DNA from: an uncultured bacterium
GTDB lineage: Bacteria; Pseudomonadota; Alphaproteobacteria; CAJXXZ01; 1604HC
Assembly (NCBI GenBank): GCA_913063285.1
Contig: CAJXXZ010000003.1
Location: 2,317-66,316 of the forward strand
Direction of reading: 5' to 3'
Length of the DNA: 64,000 nucleotides
The translations under genes were made by a program, and so were the position numbers. Each line of letters starts with the position of its first letter. Positions within the stretch are counted from its first letter, which is position 1. Shown here piece after piece: positions 18,616 through 29,304 of the stretch. Under the pieces are notes generated by a model. It searched no databases, had not been told where the DNA came from, and was given only the letters and a program-made list of their open reading frames with translations.

Positions 18616-21324
18616 ATGAAAACTATCGTTGTGCTTATATTATTATATTTTCAAGTTAATGCACAAGATTTTAATAGAGAATCATGTAGATCAAAATATG
18701 GCATTCAGTTAACAGGATATACTTCACAAGCAATGCTAGAAAATTTACCAAAACATTTTTCTCAGATAGAGACCGCCACTGAGATTTTTAGTGGCTTTTG
18801 TGGCGTTGTTGAAGTCGATAATGATTACTATACACAATTTCTAAAGATTGATAAAATACCAGGTTCAAATCAGTTGCTTTTAGACTTACTAAGATCAGAA
18901 ACTAAATATTTAAAAATTAAAGCACCTAAAGTATATTTTCAGGGTTCAGAGCCGACGAAATGCATATTAAACTTATTAATGAAAAATGAAGATATTGATG
19001 CAAATGAAATCAAAACCATAAAAGGAAGCAGTAGTACAGATAAAGTGGAAGTTGATATAAGTAAATTTGAATACCTAATTAGGTGTAAGTGTCAAAAACA
19101 AACATGTCAAGAAGTAATTAATGATATGGAATTTATACAATGTTTAACTACTATATTTCAAGAACAGATTAGAGAGAAAGAAGATGAAATAGATAGTCAA
19201 GCAGCGGAAGCGGCTCGTCAAGAAGCTCAACGTAAAGCAGATCAGGCTAAAGCAGCTCAAGATCAAGCGGAAGCAGCGCGTAAAGAGGCTCAACGTAAAG
19301 CAGATCAGTTACAAACTAAACTTCAAGAGGTTCAAACAACTAAAGATCAAGCGGAATTGGCTCATAAAGCAGTAGAAACTCAACTTCAAGCAAAAGTTCA
19401 AGAGGTGGAAGATCAAGCGGAAGCGGCTCGTCAAGAAGCTCAACATAAAGCAGATCAGTTACAAACTGAACTTAAAGCTGTTCAAGATAAAGTAGCTCAA
19501 ACGGAAGCAACTAAAGCACAACTTCAAGCGAAAGTTGAAGAGGCTCAACATAATGCAGCCCAGGCTAAAGCAGCTCAAGCTCAAGCGGAAGAAGATCGTA
19601 AAGTAGCGGAAGAAGGGCGTAAAGAGGCTGAAGCTCAAGCAGCTCAGTTACAAACTGAACTTAAAAATGCTAAAACAGCTGAAGCTAAAGCTGAAGTAGC
19701 TCATCAAGAAGCAGAAACTGAACTTAAATCTCGAATTAAATTGGCGGAAGCGGCTAAAGCTAAAGAGGAATTAGCTTGTCAAGAAGCTCAACATCAAGCA
19801 GATCACTTACAAAATGAACTTAAAGCTATTCAAGATCAAGCGGAAGCGAATCTTCAAGAAGCTCAACGTAATGTAGCTCAAGCAAATGAAGCAAAACGTA
19901 AAGCAGAAGAAGATCTACAAGATACTCAACGTCAAGCAGCTCAAGCTATGGAAGCAGCTCATCAAGAGACTGAAAGCTTAAGAACTGCACTTCAAGCGTC
20001 TGAATACAAATTAGCTCAACTTCGAACAAAATTCGAAGTCGCGGAAGAATCTCTTAAATCAACAGAAGCTAAACTTCAAGATCAAATTAAATTGGCGGAA
20101 GCGAATCGTCACAAGGCTCATGTTCAAGCAGCTCAAGCGAATAAAGCAAAACATAAAGAGGAAGAATCTCGTAAAAACTCTGAAGCTCAGGCTGAAGAGT
20201 TAAAAGTTCAACTTCAAAAGGCTAAATATAAAGCAGCTCAGTTACAAACTGAACTTCAAAAGGCTGAATATAAAGCAGATCAATTGCAAAATGAACTTGA
20301 AAAGGCTCAAACAGCTAAAGCAAAACTTCAAGCAAAAGTTGAAGCGGCTAAAGCTCAAGCGGAAGCGAATCTTCAAGAGGCTCAAGGTACAATAAATCAG
20401 TTAAAAACTAAACTTCAAAAGGCTCAAGATCAAGTAGCTCAGGCTAATGAAGCAAAACTGAAAGTAGAAGCCGAAGCAAAACGTAAAGAGGAAGAGGTTT
20501 ATAAAGATGCTAAAGACTTAAAAAATAAACTTCAGGCTAAAACTCAAGAGGCTCAAGATCAAACAGCTAATGCTGAAGACTTAAAAGCTCAACTTAAAAA
20601 TGCTCAAACAGCTAAAGATCAAGCGGAATTGGCTCATAAAGCAGTAGAAACTCAACTTCAAGCTAAAACTCAAGAGGCTGAAGCGGCTAAAGCTCAAGCG
20701 GAAGCGAATCTTCAAGAAGCTAAAGCTCAAGCGGAAGCGAATCTTCAAGATGCTCAAGCTCAAGCAGAAGCAGCTCGTAAAGAGGCTCACGATAAAGAAA
20801 ATCAGTTACAAACTGAACTTGAAAAGGCTCAAACAGCTAAAGCTCAAGCGGAAGCTGAACTTCAAAAGATAATTATAGATATTGATGAATTAATTAGAAT
20901 GGAATATTTGTGTCAAAATGCTGAGAATAAATTGAACATGGCTCATCAAGAGTCTAATGATTTAAGAGCTGATCTTCAAGCAAAAGCTCGAGAAGAGGAA
21001 GCAGCTCGTAAAGCAGCAGAAGAGGCTCAAGCTCAAGTGGAAGCGGCTCGTAAAGAGGCTCACGATAAAGAAAATCAGTTACAAACTGAACTTGAAAAGG
21101 CTCAAGATCAAGCATCTAAAGCAGAAGCAGCTCATAAAGAACTAGAAAATCAACTTCAAATAAAAGTTCGAGAAGTTGAAGAATTAAAATCTCAACTTCA
21201 AGCGAAAATTCAAGGATTAAAAAATGAACTTCAAGCATCTCAAACATCTGAAAAGAATAGCAATACATGGGATTGGCTTGGAGTATTACTTGGATGCTTT
21301 AGTCAACAGAGAAAGTCATCTTAA
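18616..21324 (+). CDS. Secreted long coiled-coil (A/Q/E/K-rich) protein
   Basis: Signal peptide VNA-Q; ~190-aa Cys-containing globular head; ~690 aa of heptad-like sequence with internal duplications (KDQAELAHKAVETQLQAK x2, EAARKEAHDKENQLQTELEKAQ x2). Confidence 0.85.
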   Translation: MKTIVVLILLYFQVNAQDFNRESCRSKYGIQLTGYTSQAMLENLPKHFSQIETATEIFSGFCGVVEVDNDYYTQFLKIDKIPGSNQLLLDLLRSETKYLKIKAPKVYFQGSEPTKCILNLLMKNEDIDANEIKTIKGSSSTDKVEVDISKFEYLIRCKCQKQTCQEVINDMEFIQCLTTIFQEQIREKEDEIDSQAAEAARQEAQRKADQAKAAQDQAEAARKEAQRKADQLQTKLQEVQTTKDQAELAHKAVETQLQAKVQEVEDQAEAARQEAQHKADQLQTELKAVQDKVAQTEATKAQLQAKVEEAQHNAAQAKAAQAQAEEDRKVAEEGRKEAEAQAAQLQTELKNAKTAEAKAEVAHQEAETELKSRIKLAEAAKAKEELACQEAQHQADHLQNELKAIQDQAEANLQEAQRNVAQANEAKRKAEEDLQDTQRQAAQAMEAAHQETESLRTALQASEYKLAQLRTKFEVAEESLKSTEAKLQDQIKLAEANRHKAHVQAAQANKAKHKEEESRKNSEAQAEELKVQLQKAKYKAAQLQTELQKAEYKADQLQNELEKAQTAKAKLQAKVEAAKAQAEANLQEAQGTINQLKTKLQKAQDQVAQANEAKLKVEAEAKRKEEEVYKDAKDLKNKLQAKTQEAQDQTANAEDLKAQLKNAQTAKDQAELAHKAVETQLQAKTQEAEAAKAQAEANLQEAKAQAEANLQDAQAQAEAARKEAHDKENQLQTELEKAQTAKAQAEAELQKIIIDIDELIRMEYLCQNAENKLNMAHQESNDLRADLQAKAREEEAARKAAEEAQAQVEAARKEAHDKENQLQTELEKAQDQASKAEAAHKELENQLQIKVREVEELKSQLQAKIQGLKNELQASQTSEKNSNTWDWLGVLLGCFSQQRKSS

Positions 21325-21441
21325 AGCTGAATCTTAAAATAAAACATAATGAAGTATAAATTAGAACGCTAAATCATCTCATATAATCATTAAAAAAATA
21401 TTAATATTGACATTTAAGTTATAATTTAACAAAATACCAAT

Positions 21442-22860
21442 ATGAAAGTATATAATTTAATATTTTGCATGATACTATCACAGCATGCTTCTCCAAACTC
21501 ACTAACACTTCATAAGTCATATACACCTACTGAAAAAGATTTAGTAACTATACAACATCTTCAGTCTGCTGGTAGACATTGTTTTGCTCAGACTAATGAA
21601 TCTGGAGATTTTCGTATTTTTATGCTAATTGATGAAGATAGAAAAAATCGTTTGTTTCAATTATTAAATATAGATAAACAGCGTATTCAAGATACTAAAT
21701 TTATAGAATTTAGTATTGATTCTGAAGATGTTAAAAAATTGGCTAAATTTGATAAAGATGGTAATATTTTTCACATTGATAATCCTTTTTTCGATCACAA
21801 TTCAGACTTCCTAAGAAGTTTAGAAATTTTTGATGCAAAAACCAGTTCTGAGAAAGAGAGAATAGCAAAAATAGTAACTGCAAATTTTATTAAAAATTCT
21901 AGTTCTGAAAAGACTTGCGAATATATTAAAACGATTAATGGTCATAGTTTAGATGATTTTTATCAAAAAGATGTTCAAGATGATACGAATAGAACTTTCG
22001 ACATTGTAATCGTTGAAAATGATAAACCACATATAGATATATTTGATTCAAGCTATGAAACAGCTATGCAATTTACTAAAGAAAAAGAATTAAGTGATGA
22101 AAGTAGTATAGAATTCATGATGAAAAATATAAGAACTCTTCAACAAATGTATGATATATCTCATGAAAATTTAGAGATAGTTTTAAGAAAAATTATAGAT
22201 TCAGAGTGGGTAACAAAACAATTAGATTTTTTTGAAATTCAAACAAAAATATTACAAAATTCTGAGATGACTGATTTAATTGGCCCTTTGAAAGATATAC
22301 AGTCACTTTATCTTGCTGCTCTTCACAGTAATTATCACATTGAATGTATTAAAAAAAATACTAAGAAAATCTATGATTCTGATTATACTGATGATGAATT
22401 TGATTTAGCTATTGCTGACATACAAAAGACTTTAGATGAAATAACTAACTTTACTAAAGTTATTTTGGAGAGATATCAAAAACTTCATATACGAAATATG
22501 GTAAATTATGAAAATCTAATTACTTTTGATAGAATTTCTAAAAATATAAATAATACTATGAATAATATTTATGAGTTGCAAAAAGATTATTTGCACAAAC
22601 TTGATACAAGAGTTATAGATGCTGAGTTTGCTGAGCAGCATGCTAATCTTAAATCTGAAGCTATTCGTAAACTTATTATGTACGCAGATCTTAGATGTAA
22701 AGTATATCTATCTTATAATGATAATAGTAAATACTTACGTATTTTATCTGTAACAGAAGATCAAGAAAGTGAAGAAAGAGCTACAGTTGCTTATAATGAA
22801 TATGTAGACGTTTTGAGAGATCTTCATAAAGCTAAAGCCTATACTGCAACAATAAAATAA
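21442..22860 (+). CDS. Secreted protein, island family member 2
   Basis: Signal peptide; GRHCFAQTNESGDFRIFMLIDED...FIEFSID...KFDKDGNI N-domain, followed by the helical B module. Confidence 0.8.
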   Translation: MKVYNLIFCMILSQHASPNSLTLHKSYTPTEKDLVTIQHLQSAGRHCFAQTNESGDFRIFMLIDEDRKNRLFQLLNIDKQRIQDTKFIEFSIDSEDVKKLAKFDKDGNIFHIDNPFFDHNSDFLRSLEIFDAKTSSEKERIAKIVTANFIKNSSSEKTCEYIKTINGHSLDDFYQKDVQDDTNRTFDIVIVENDKPHIDIFDSSYETAMQFTKEKELSDESSIEFMMKNIRTLQQMYDISHENLEIVLRKIIDSEWVTKQLDFFEIQTKILQNSEMTDLIGPLKDIQSLYLAALHSNYHIECIKKNTKKIYDSDYTDDEFDLAIADIQKTLDEITNFTKVILERYQKLHIRNMVNYENLITFDRISKNINNTMNNIYELQKDYLHKLDTRVIDAEFAEQHANLKSEAIRKLIMYADLRCKVYLSYNDNSKYLRILSVTEDQESEERATVAYNEYVDVLRDLHKAKAYTATIK

Positions 22861-22973
22861 TTAAGCTTTTTTATACATTTATTACTTTAAAAAATATATC
22901 ATATTACAACTTTATTTTTTAAACTAAAATATAAATTAACTAACTTTTTAAACATATGCTCTAAAATGGAAAT

Positions 22974-25181
22974 ATGATATTCAAAAAAATAATATTTTTC
23001 TTCGTTTTAATATTATATGCAGATCAAACTGAAATAGCTACCAAAGGTAGTTCAGTCACATTGTATGATCAAGGAACTTTATCTACCAATGTGCAAGCGC
23101 TTCTTAAACTGCACGAATACAATCAAAAACTTGGTATTGCTTATACTGATGATTTTAATCAGGTTCATTTGATAAGAAGATTAGATGATGATTTAAGATC
23201 AAAACTTACAAAATCTTTAGGTCTTGATCAATCAAAAACAGATGAAGCTCAATTTATAAAAGTTGCTGTTGATCATGACTTTGCAAGCAAGTTTAATCAA
23301 TTTGATGACCAAGGTAAATTTGTGTCTATGACAGACTTTATATCTGAGGCTTTAAAGGATGATGCTAAATCACAAGAAATGCGTGATAATTTTAATAAAC
23401 ATAGTCTTGAAAGTTCAAATCCTGAACATAGAGAAAAATTAATATCTAGCACTATTATTGATAGCCTTTCTTCAAACGAGCTTAATAAATATATTCAAAC
23501 AGGGATGAGTAGTAACTCTTTATATTCTGGTAGATCTATTTTGGGCACTTCAATGGATGGAAACACATTACCACTTTATGATATATCAGTTTTGAACATT
23601 TCAATGGATATGAATCAATTACCAGCTTTTCAACAAATAACTGCATTACTAGGAGAAGTATATAACCAGGAAAATTTAACTAAGATTTTTGATGAAAAAT
23701 TGGCAGGAAAACTCTCAAATGATATTATTAGGAAAGACTTGATGTTGGAATTTATAAAATACACTCAAAACTCAGAGGCTAGATTAGGTGATGATACACC
23801 AGATTCTGGCTCAGATGTTAGTACAGCACAAGATCCTACTGATCGATTGGTTACGCAATCTGTTTTAGGAGGAGCTTATTCAAGAGTAGCACAACCTGAG
23901 TCGTCTAAAATAGATATCGCAGGAGCTGTTTTAGCAGATGCTATTAAAAAAGCAGTACAAGGATTTAAGTCTAGTGGTGCTGGTGATACTTCTGCACAAA
24001 CTGCTGATGGTGCTCCTGCTCTTGATACTGACGTTACTGGTAAAGGTGTAGCTGGTGCTGGCAATGATCCTGCTAGAGCTGTTGAAACTCCTGATAGTGG
24101 TACCGATGTAGCTTCCGCTGATGCTTCTACAACTAGCCCTACTCAAGTTGCCTTTTCTCAAGATAGTCCTGATGATAAACAAACTCTTACTGTTGCTGAT
24201 GGTTCTGTTGAAACTTTTCCTGCTGATAATAGTGGTGTCAATCAACAAGATGGTTCTGATGCTGCACAAACTTCTCCTGGTAGTGTAGATGTTGCTCCTA
24301 CTGAAACTAGTCCTGCTAAACAAACTGGTGCTGATGGTGCTCCTGCTAGAGCTATTGAAACTCCTGATAGTGGTACCGATGTAGCTTCCGCTGATGCTTC
24401 TACAACTAGCTCTGCTCAAGTTGTCTTTTCTCAAGATGGTTCTGATGATAAACAAACTCTTACTGGTGCTGGTGGTTCTGTTGAAACTTTTCCTGCTGAT
24501 AATAGTGGTGTCAATCAACAAGATGGTTCTGCTGTTAATAGTACTATCAATCAACAAGCTGATTCTGCTGGTGATGCTGAAACTCCTGATAGTGGTACCG
24601 ATGTAGCTTCCGCTGATGCTCTTGCAACTAGCTCTACTCAAGTTGCCTCTTCTCAAGATGCTGCTCAAAAATCAGATGCTAGCTTAGATTTTTCTTTCTC
24701 TGATACTGACTCTGATGCTGATAAGGGAAGATATGATGTTGCAAAAGCTACTATAGAAAATATTATGCAACATGGTTTAGACAGTTTTGATGATAGAGAA
24801 AATATTGCTTTCTCTGATGCTGGCTCAGATGCTGGCTCAGCTGACGATACACCGAAATCTAATAAGGGTAACACATCATTTGCTATTCATTATAATTTAC
24901 ATAATCAAGGTTACAGTGATGATGAAAAAGCTGTTTTAACAGCTGATGAACAAACTGCTTCTACTGGTGCTTCTGGTGATGGTAGCGGTATAGCTCCTGA
25001 AACTGGACCTGGTGCACAACTTACTGATCAAATAGCTAATCATTCAATTGAAGAGATTTATGATCATCAAGACTGGACAAATAATCCTACTAATGTGTTG
25101 GCTGAAAGTGCTGCACATGTTCTTAAACCACCGTATATTATTTATTTTTTACAGGATGATAGCCCTGTCGATACAGTATAA
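22974..25181 (+). CDS. Secreted protein, island family member 3 (acidic S/T/D/A/G repeat tail)
   Basis: MIFKKIIFF...YA-D signal; LGIAYTDDFNQVHLI...FIKVAVD...QFDDQGKF N-domain. Confidence 0.8.
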   Translation: MIFKKIIFFFVLILYADQTEIATKGSSVTLYDQGTLSTNVQALLKLHEYNQKLGIAYTDDFNQVHLIRRLDDDLRSKLTKSLGLDQSKTDEAQFIKVAVDHDFASKFNQFDDQGKFVSMTDFISEALKDDAKSQEMRDNFNKHSLESSNPEHREKLISSTIIDSLSSNELNKYIQTGMSSNSLYSGRSILGTSMDGNTLPLYDISVLNISMDMNQLPAFQQITALLGEVYNQENLTKIFDEKLAGKLSNDIIRKDLMLEFIKYTQNSEARLGDDTPDSGSDVSTAQDPTDRLVTQSVLGGAYSRVAQPESSKIDIAGAVLADAIKKAVQGFKSSGAGDTSAQTADGAPALDTDVTGKGVAGAGNDPARAVETPDSGTDVASADASTTSPTQVAFSQDSPDDKQTLTVADGSVETFPADNSGVNQQDGSDAAQTSPGSVDVAPTETSPAKQTGADGAPARAIETPDSGTDVASADASTTSSAQVVFSQDGSDDKQTLTGAGGSVETFPADNSGVNQQDGSAVNSTINQQADSAGDAETPDSGTDVASADALATSSTQVASSQDAAQKSDASLDFSFSDTDSDADKGRYDVAKATIENIMQHGLDSFDDRENIAFSDAGSDAGSADDTPKSNKGNTSFAIHYNLHNQGYSDDEKAVLTADEQTASTGASGDGSGIAPETGPGAQLTDQIANHSIEEIYDHQDWTNNPTNVLAESAAHVLKPPYIIYFLQDDSPVDTV
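24069..24665 (+). repeat. Intragenic tandem repeats (273-bp period, plus partial third copy)
   Basis: GAAACTCCTGATAGTGGTACCGATGTAGCTTCCGCTGATGCT at 24084, 24357 and 24579; encodes ETPDSGTDVASADA... units. Confidence 0.9.
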
Positions 25182-25402
25182 GGTGTTGTAGAAGATACTG
25201 TAGAAGATATATCTTTGTAATATATTTTTTATCTAATCAACAGAGCTAAATTTAGTTTTTTTATTTTAGGTAATATTATTAGCACTGATAATATTTTTTA
25301 TAGATATAATCTTATATTAAATCTTGTCATTCTTTAGTTTTCAAATTTTTATACATATACAATAAATTGATTTTTAGTATATATAATATAGAATATTTAT
25401 AT

Positions 25403-28400
25403 ATGCTACTACAAAAAGTAATACTTTGTATAATACTTACATCATATATAAATTATGCAGAAACTTCAATAAAACTTTATAATTCATCCTCATTACCTAT
25501 TCAACATCAAGCTTTAATGAGAGATATGCAAGGCAAAGGTAATACAGGTTTTGCTGATACTCTTCAGTCTGATAAAGTTAGTGTACTTGTAGAGGTAAAG
25601 AATAAAGATAAAGATGCTCTTGCTAAAGCTTTGCGTTTAGATCAGAAAGACATGAAAGAACAGAAATTTATCGAGCTTATTATTAGTTATAAAGAAGCAC
25701 AAGATCTTGTTCATGCTGATAAAGATGGAAAAATTCTTTTTCTAAGAGACTTTACAGGTGATCTTTTAGATGCAAACAGTAAATTAAGACGAAGTATATC
25801 TACCAATAAAACTACTAATAACATAGAATTTGTTTCGATTTTTGAAGATACTACTGATTTAGATCAGTATACACGTCTCAAAGAAAAAGTAGCAGCTTCC
25901 GATATAATTGCAACTCTTGATTCTAAAGGATTACAAGCATATATTGATAATATAACGGGTGAAAATTCGGCAAATAGTGATAGTACAGGTAGTATTTCCT
26001 ATGGAGTAGCTCTATTAAGATCTAAACTAAATTCAGATCATTTAGCTCATGCTATACAAGTTCAGAATGGTCAACATCAGAAAGATAAAGATATTGAAAA
26101 ATTATATTTTGTTGCTACTAAACAAGATTCTCTAGCTTTACAAACTAAAATAGCTGATGCTGCTCGTGAATATAGTTGGAATGCAGGTCGTCAATTTATG
26201 CAAGTTATTAAATTCAATGCAAGTAAAAGTGAATTTTTTAAATATTATGAAAAATTTATTGATGCTTATTATCAATCTGTATTAGCCAAAAAGAATTTAC
26301 TCAATGCATCTATTAAATATCTGAGAGAACTTAAAAATAATTCTCAAGCTACTAAAGAGAGTCAAAATGAATTTAAGAAAAAAGTATTGAGGATGTTAAT
26401 GCAATTCATCCTTTATTGTACGGATTATCAAGTTGTAATGCCTAATATAGCCACATTAAAGCTGCAATATTCTTATGATGATTTAAATCAAGATATTTCA
26501 GATTTAATATTATTAATTATGAATTCAGAAAAAGAATTTATAGCTTTTCCGTTTAAAACTACTGATTTTGATTATGTAACAATAAATGATTTTCCAGAGA
26601 ATTTTGATACAGAATTTATGAAATATCATGTATTATTTAAAGACATTATTAAAGATCCTAAAAGAAAGTCAGAAGATTTAATACAACTGTGGAGATTGTG
26701 TAGTGATTTTATCAAAATTTTACCTACACCTGCATCAGGTATCAGTACTGATGATAATAGAAAATTTGATGAAATATTAGATAGAATAATGAGACAACTA
26801 GATACAATATTCAAAAGAATGGAAAAAAATCAAGAAAAATATAATTCGAAGGGCAAAGGTAAAGGTAAAGGCAAAGGTACAGGCAAAGGTGGAAAAGCTG
26901 CAGGTAAAGGTGATACAGCTTTTGCTCCTCGCGCTTCAGCTTCTTTGGGTAGTGACAAAGGTGGCAAAGGTGGAAAAGGTAAAGGTAAAGGTGATACAGC
27001 TTCTTGGGGGGATGGTCGTGGTAAAGGAGGTGGGGCTTCAGCTTCTTGGGGAGATGATGCAGCTTCTCGGGGACGTGTGGGTGCTTTGAATCATACTCCA
27101 TTACTTGCATCTGGTAGAGATGACACTTTAGTAGGTGCTGATCATTCTCAGTTTGATGCAGAGTCATTACAACTAGGTCTTGATAATTCAAAGAGTCCTT
27201 TTTATACATATTTTAAGCAAATACATTCTAGCTATGACAAGATTAAATCAACAGCTGATGTAATTCTTACAAAGATTGAACAAGGCAGGGGCTCTTATGA
27301 AGACTATAAGAAAGATTTTATAAAAGCTTGTCGTGAAAGTGTGGATTTTACAAGAGATATGCTCAATAAAATTGATTCATTATTTTATGAGGATGGTTAT
27401 CAAGAAGATCAATATTATAAATATCATGAAAAACATTATTTTGCTGCATTGTTTGAGTATACGAAAAATATAAATATATATTTATATGCAACTAAAGTTA
27501 ATAATGCAAATGCTGTGAAATTTCTTAAGAAATTAAAAGAAATTGGTTTGCAGTTTATGCATGCTAGGGCTCATAAAGATTTCAATTCTCAAAAATTAAT
27601 ACGAGATTTTATAATGATAAATCGTCATATTAGGCGTGCAGATATAGATGCAATATTTCATTATAATGTGTTAAAGTTTTTATTACATCTCAATAATACA
27701 GTGGTAAGCTTTCTTCATACACAGCAAGATGAAAAATCTATAGAGCAATTTGCAAAATTAAAACAACTAGCTCAATGTGTTAATTTTCCTACAGATGAAT
27801 TAAAATACAAAAAAGATGATAATATTAGAAAATATGATCATAATCATACATTAAGAACTTGGGTAAAGGCTCTGAATTGGAGTAATAGTTTATATGACAA
27901 TTTCGATCAGAAATCTGATAGGTATTCAGCTTCTTTGGGTAATGGTCATGGCAAAGGAGGCTTCGATGCTTTAGCTTCTCGGGGACCTGTGGGTGCTTTG
28001 AATCATGTTCCATTGCTTGCATCTGATAGAGATTCAGATGTTGTGAATGATGATTCAGATTCTAGTCATAAAGATTCAGCTTCTATGGATGGTATAAATT
28101 CAATTAAGAATTATTTATCCAGAACTTGGAGAAATTTCAAGGGTTTCTTTGATAATGAAGGTTGGAAATTTTATAGAGCTTCAGATTCTTGGGATGATGG
28201 TGGAGATTCTATTCATCGGTATCCAGCTCAGGATATTCATAGACCTCCTAGTTCTACTCCAGCTTTTCACAGAGATGTGATATCTAGAGATCATCATGCT
28301 TCAGATTTTCGGGATGGTGCAAATTTAACTGAAGATGACTATCTTACAATTGTTAGAGGAACTAAATATTTTCAACAAAGTGAGATAGATCATGCAGGTA

Positions 28401-29158
28401 TTAAAATTATTACTAATAATATAAAATTATTTTGCTCGATTTATAGAGTTATAAAAATAGAAGAAGCACAAGAAATTTTGAATAAGATTATTGGAGCAAA
28501 ATGGTTATATCCACTAAGTGATTCAAATATTCATGAACAGATTTTGAGATTAGATTCTAAAGAATTTGATAGTATGACAGAATATTTCGTTTATGAATCT
28601 ATGACTGTAGATCAGATGCTTCATTTTTATCAACTTAATGATAAAGTTCTTTCATATGTTAGTTCACGTTATAAATTTGATCTTAATATTGCACGGAATA
28701 TTAATAAATTAGAAAATCTTATTGAAAGAAGATTGGTCTATAATAAAGAAAGTTTAGAGAATCCGGTTAATATTGAAATTCGTTACAAGGCTACGGATTC
28801 TTTAAAAAAATATATTGAAAAAGAATATCAAGATAATATATCTTTCTATGATTTAGATAAGAATAAACAAAAGCAGATTTCTATTTTAGAACAACTTGCT
28901 ATTTGTATTCTAAGAAAAACTGATATTATTTTTTATAAATATAAATATTCTAAGACACTAGAGACTTATACAGAAATATATAAATTGTATAAGAAATCTA
29001 TCGAAGAATTAAGAAAATATCAAAATAAAGGCCTTGTTTTGGTATCTGGTTGTGACATTGAATATTCAATTAAACATAGAATATTATGGCTAGGTAAATT
29101 TGAAACAATGATGAAAGCATTATCTAATTCAAAACATTGCAGAATTAAGAAAATATAA
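25403..29158 (+). CDS. Secreted protein, island family member 4 (largest; GK-rich linker)
   Basis: Start moved to ATG 25403 (MLLQKVILCIIL). N-domain GNTGFADTLQSDKVSVLV...FIELIIS...ADKDGKI; KGKG tract; B module at ~28320-28575. Confidence 0.8.
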   Translation: MLLQKVILCIILTSYINYAETSIKLYNSSSLPIQHQALMRDMQGKGNTGFADTLQSDKVSVLVEVKNKDKDALAKALRLDQKDMKEQKFIELIISYKEAQDLVHADKDGKILFLRDFTGDLLDANSKLRRSISTNKTTNNIEFVSIFEDTTDLDQYTRLKEKVAASDIIATLDSKGLQAYIDNITGENSANSDSTGSISYGVALLRSKLNSDHLAHAIQVQNGQHQKDKDIEKLYFVATKQDSLALQTKIADAAREYSWNAGRQFMQVIKFNASKSEFFKYYEKFIDAYYQSVLAKKNLLNASIKYLRELKNNSQATKESQNEFKKKVLRMLMQFILYCTDYQVVMPNIATLKLQYSYDDLNQDISDLILLIMNSEKEFIAFPFKTTDFDYVTINDFPENFDTEFMKYHVLFKDIIKDPKRKSEDLIQLWRLCSDFIKILPTPASGISTDDNRKFDEILDRIMRQLDTIFKRMEKNQEKYNSKGKGKGKGKGTGKGGKAAGKGDTAFAPRASASLGSDKGGKGGKGKGKGDTASWGDGRGKGGGASASWGDDAASRGRVGALNHTPLLASGRDDTLVGADHSQFDAESLQLGLDNSKSPFYTYFKQIHSSYDKIKSTADVILTKIEQGRGSYEDYKKDFIKACRESVDFTRDMLNKIDSLFYEDGYQEDQYYKYHEKHYFAALFEYTKNINIYLYATKVNNANAVKFLKKLKEIGLQFMHARAHKDFNSQKLIRDFIMINRHIRRADIDAIFHYNVLKFLLHLNNTVVSFLHTQQDEKSIEQFAKLKQLAQCVNFPTDELKYKKDDNIRKYDHNHTLRTWVKALNWSNSLYDNFDQKSDRYSASLGNGHGKGGFDALASRGPVGALNHVPLLASDRDSDVVNDDSDSSHKDSASMDGINSIKNYLSRTWRNFKGFFDNEGWKFYRASDSWDDGGDSIHRYPAQDIHRPPSSTPAFHRDVISRDHHASDFRDGANLTEDDYLTIVRGTKYFQQSEIDHAGIKIITNNIKLFCSIYRVIKIEEAQEILNKIIGAKWLYPLSDSNIHEQILRLDSKEFDSMTEYFVYESMTVDQMLHFYQLNDKVLSYVSSRYKFDLNIARNINKLENLIERRLVYNKESLENPVNIEIRYKATDSLKKYIEKEYQDNISFYDLDKNKQKQISILEQLAICILRKTDIIFYKYKYSKTLETYTEIYKLYKKSIEELRKYQNKGLVLVSGCDIEYSIKHRILWLGKFETMMKALSNSKHCRIKKI

Positions 29159-29270
29159 AAATAAAGGCCTTGTTTTGGTATCTGGTAATAACATTAAAGA
29201 TTTAATTAAACATAGAATATGTGTGGCAAGATAAATTTTAACAAATGATGAAAAAATAATCATCTAATTT
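29006..29270 (+). repeat. 136-bp-period imperfect tandem duplication at the 3' end of member 4
   Basis: GAATTAAGAAAATAT(C/A)AAAATAAAGGCCTTGTTTTGGTATCTGGT at 29006 and 29142. Confidence 0.85.
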
Positions 29271-29304
29271 TAAACCTGATGTTCCTGCTCAATCTACAGA
29301 TATA

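Noticed and set aside
23876..24874. 245-aa Ser/Arg/Ile antisense ORF and neighbours
   Set aside because: By-product of T-ending codons in the repeat region of member 3; no independent coding signal.
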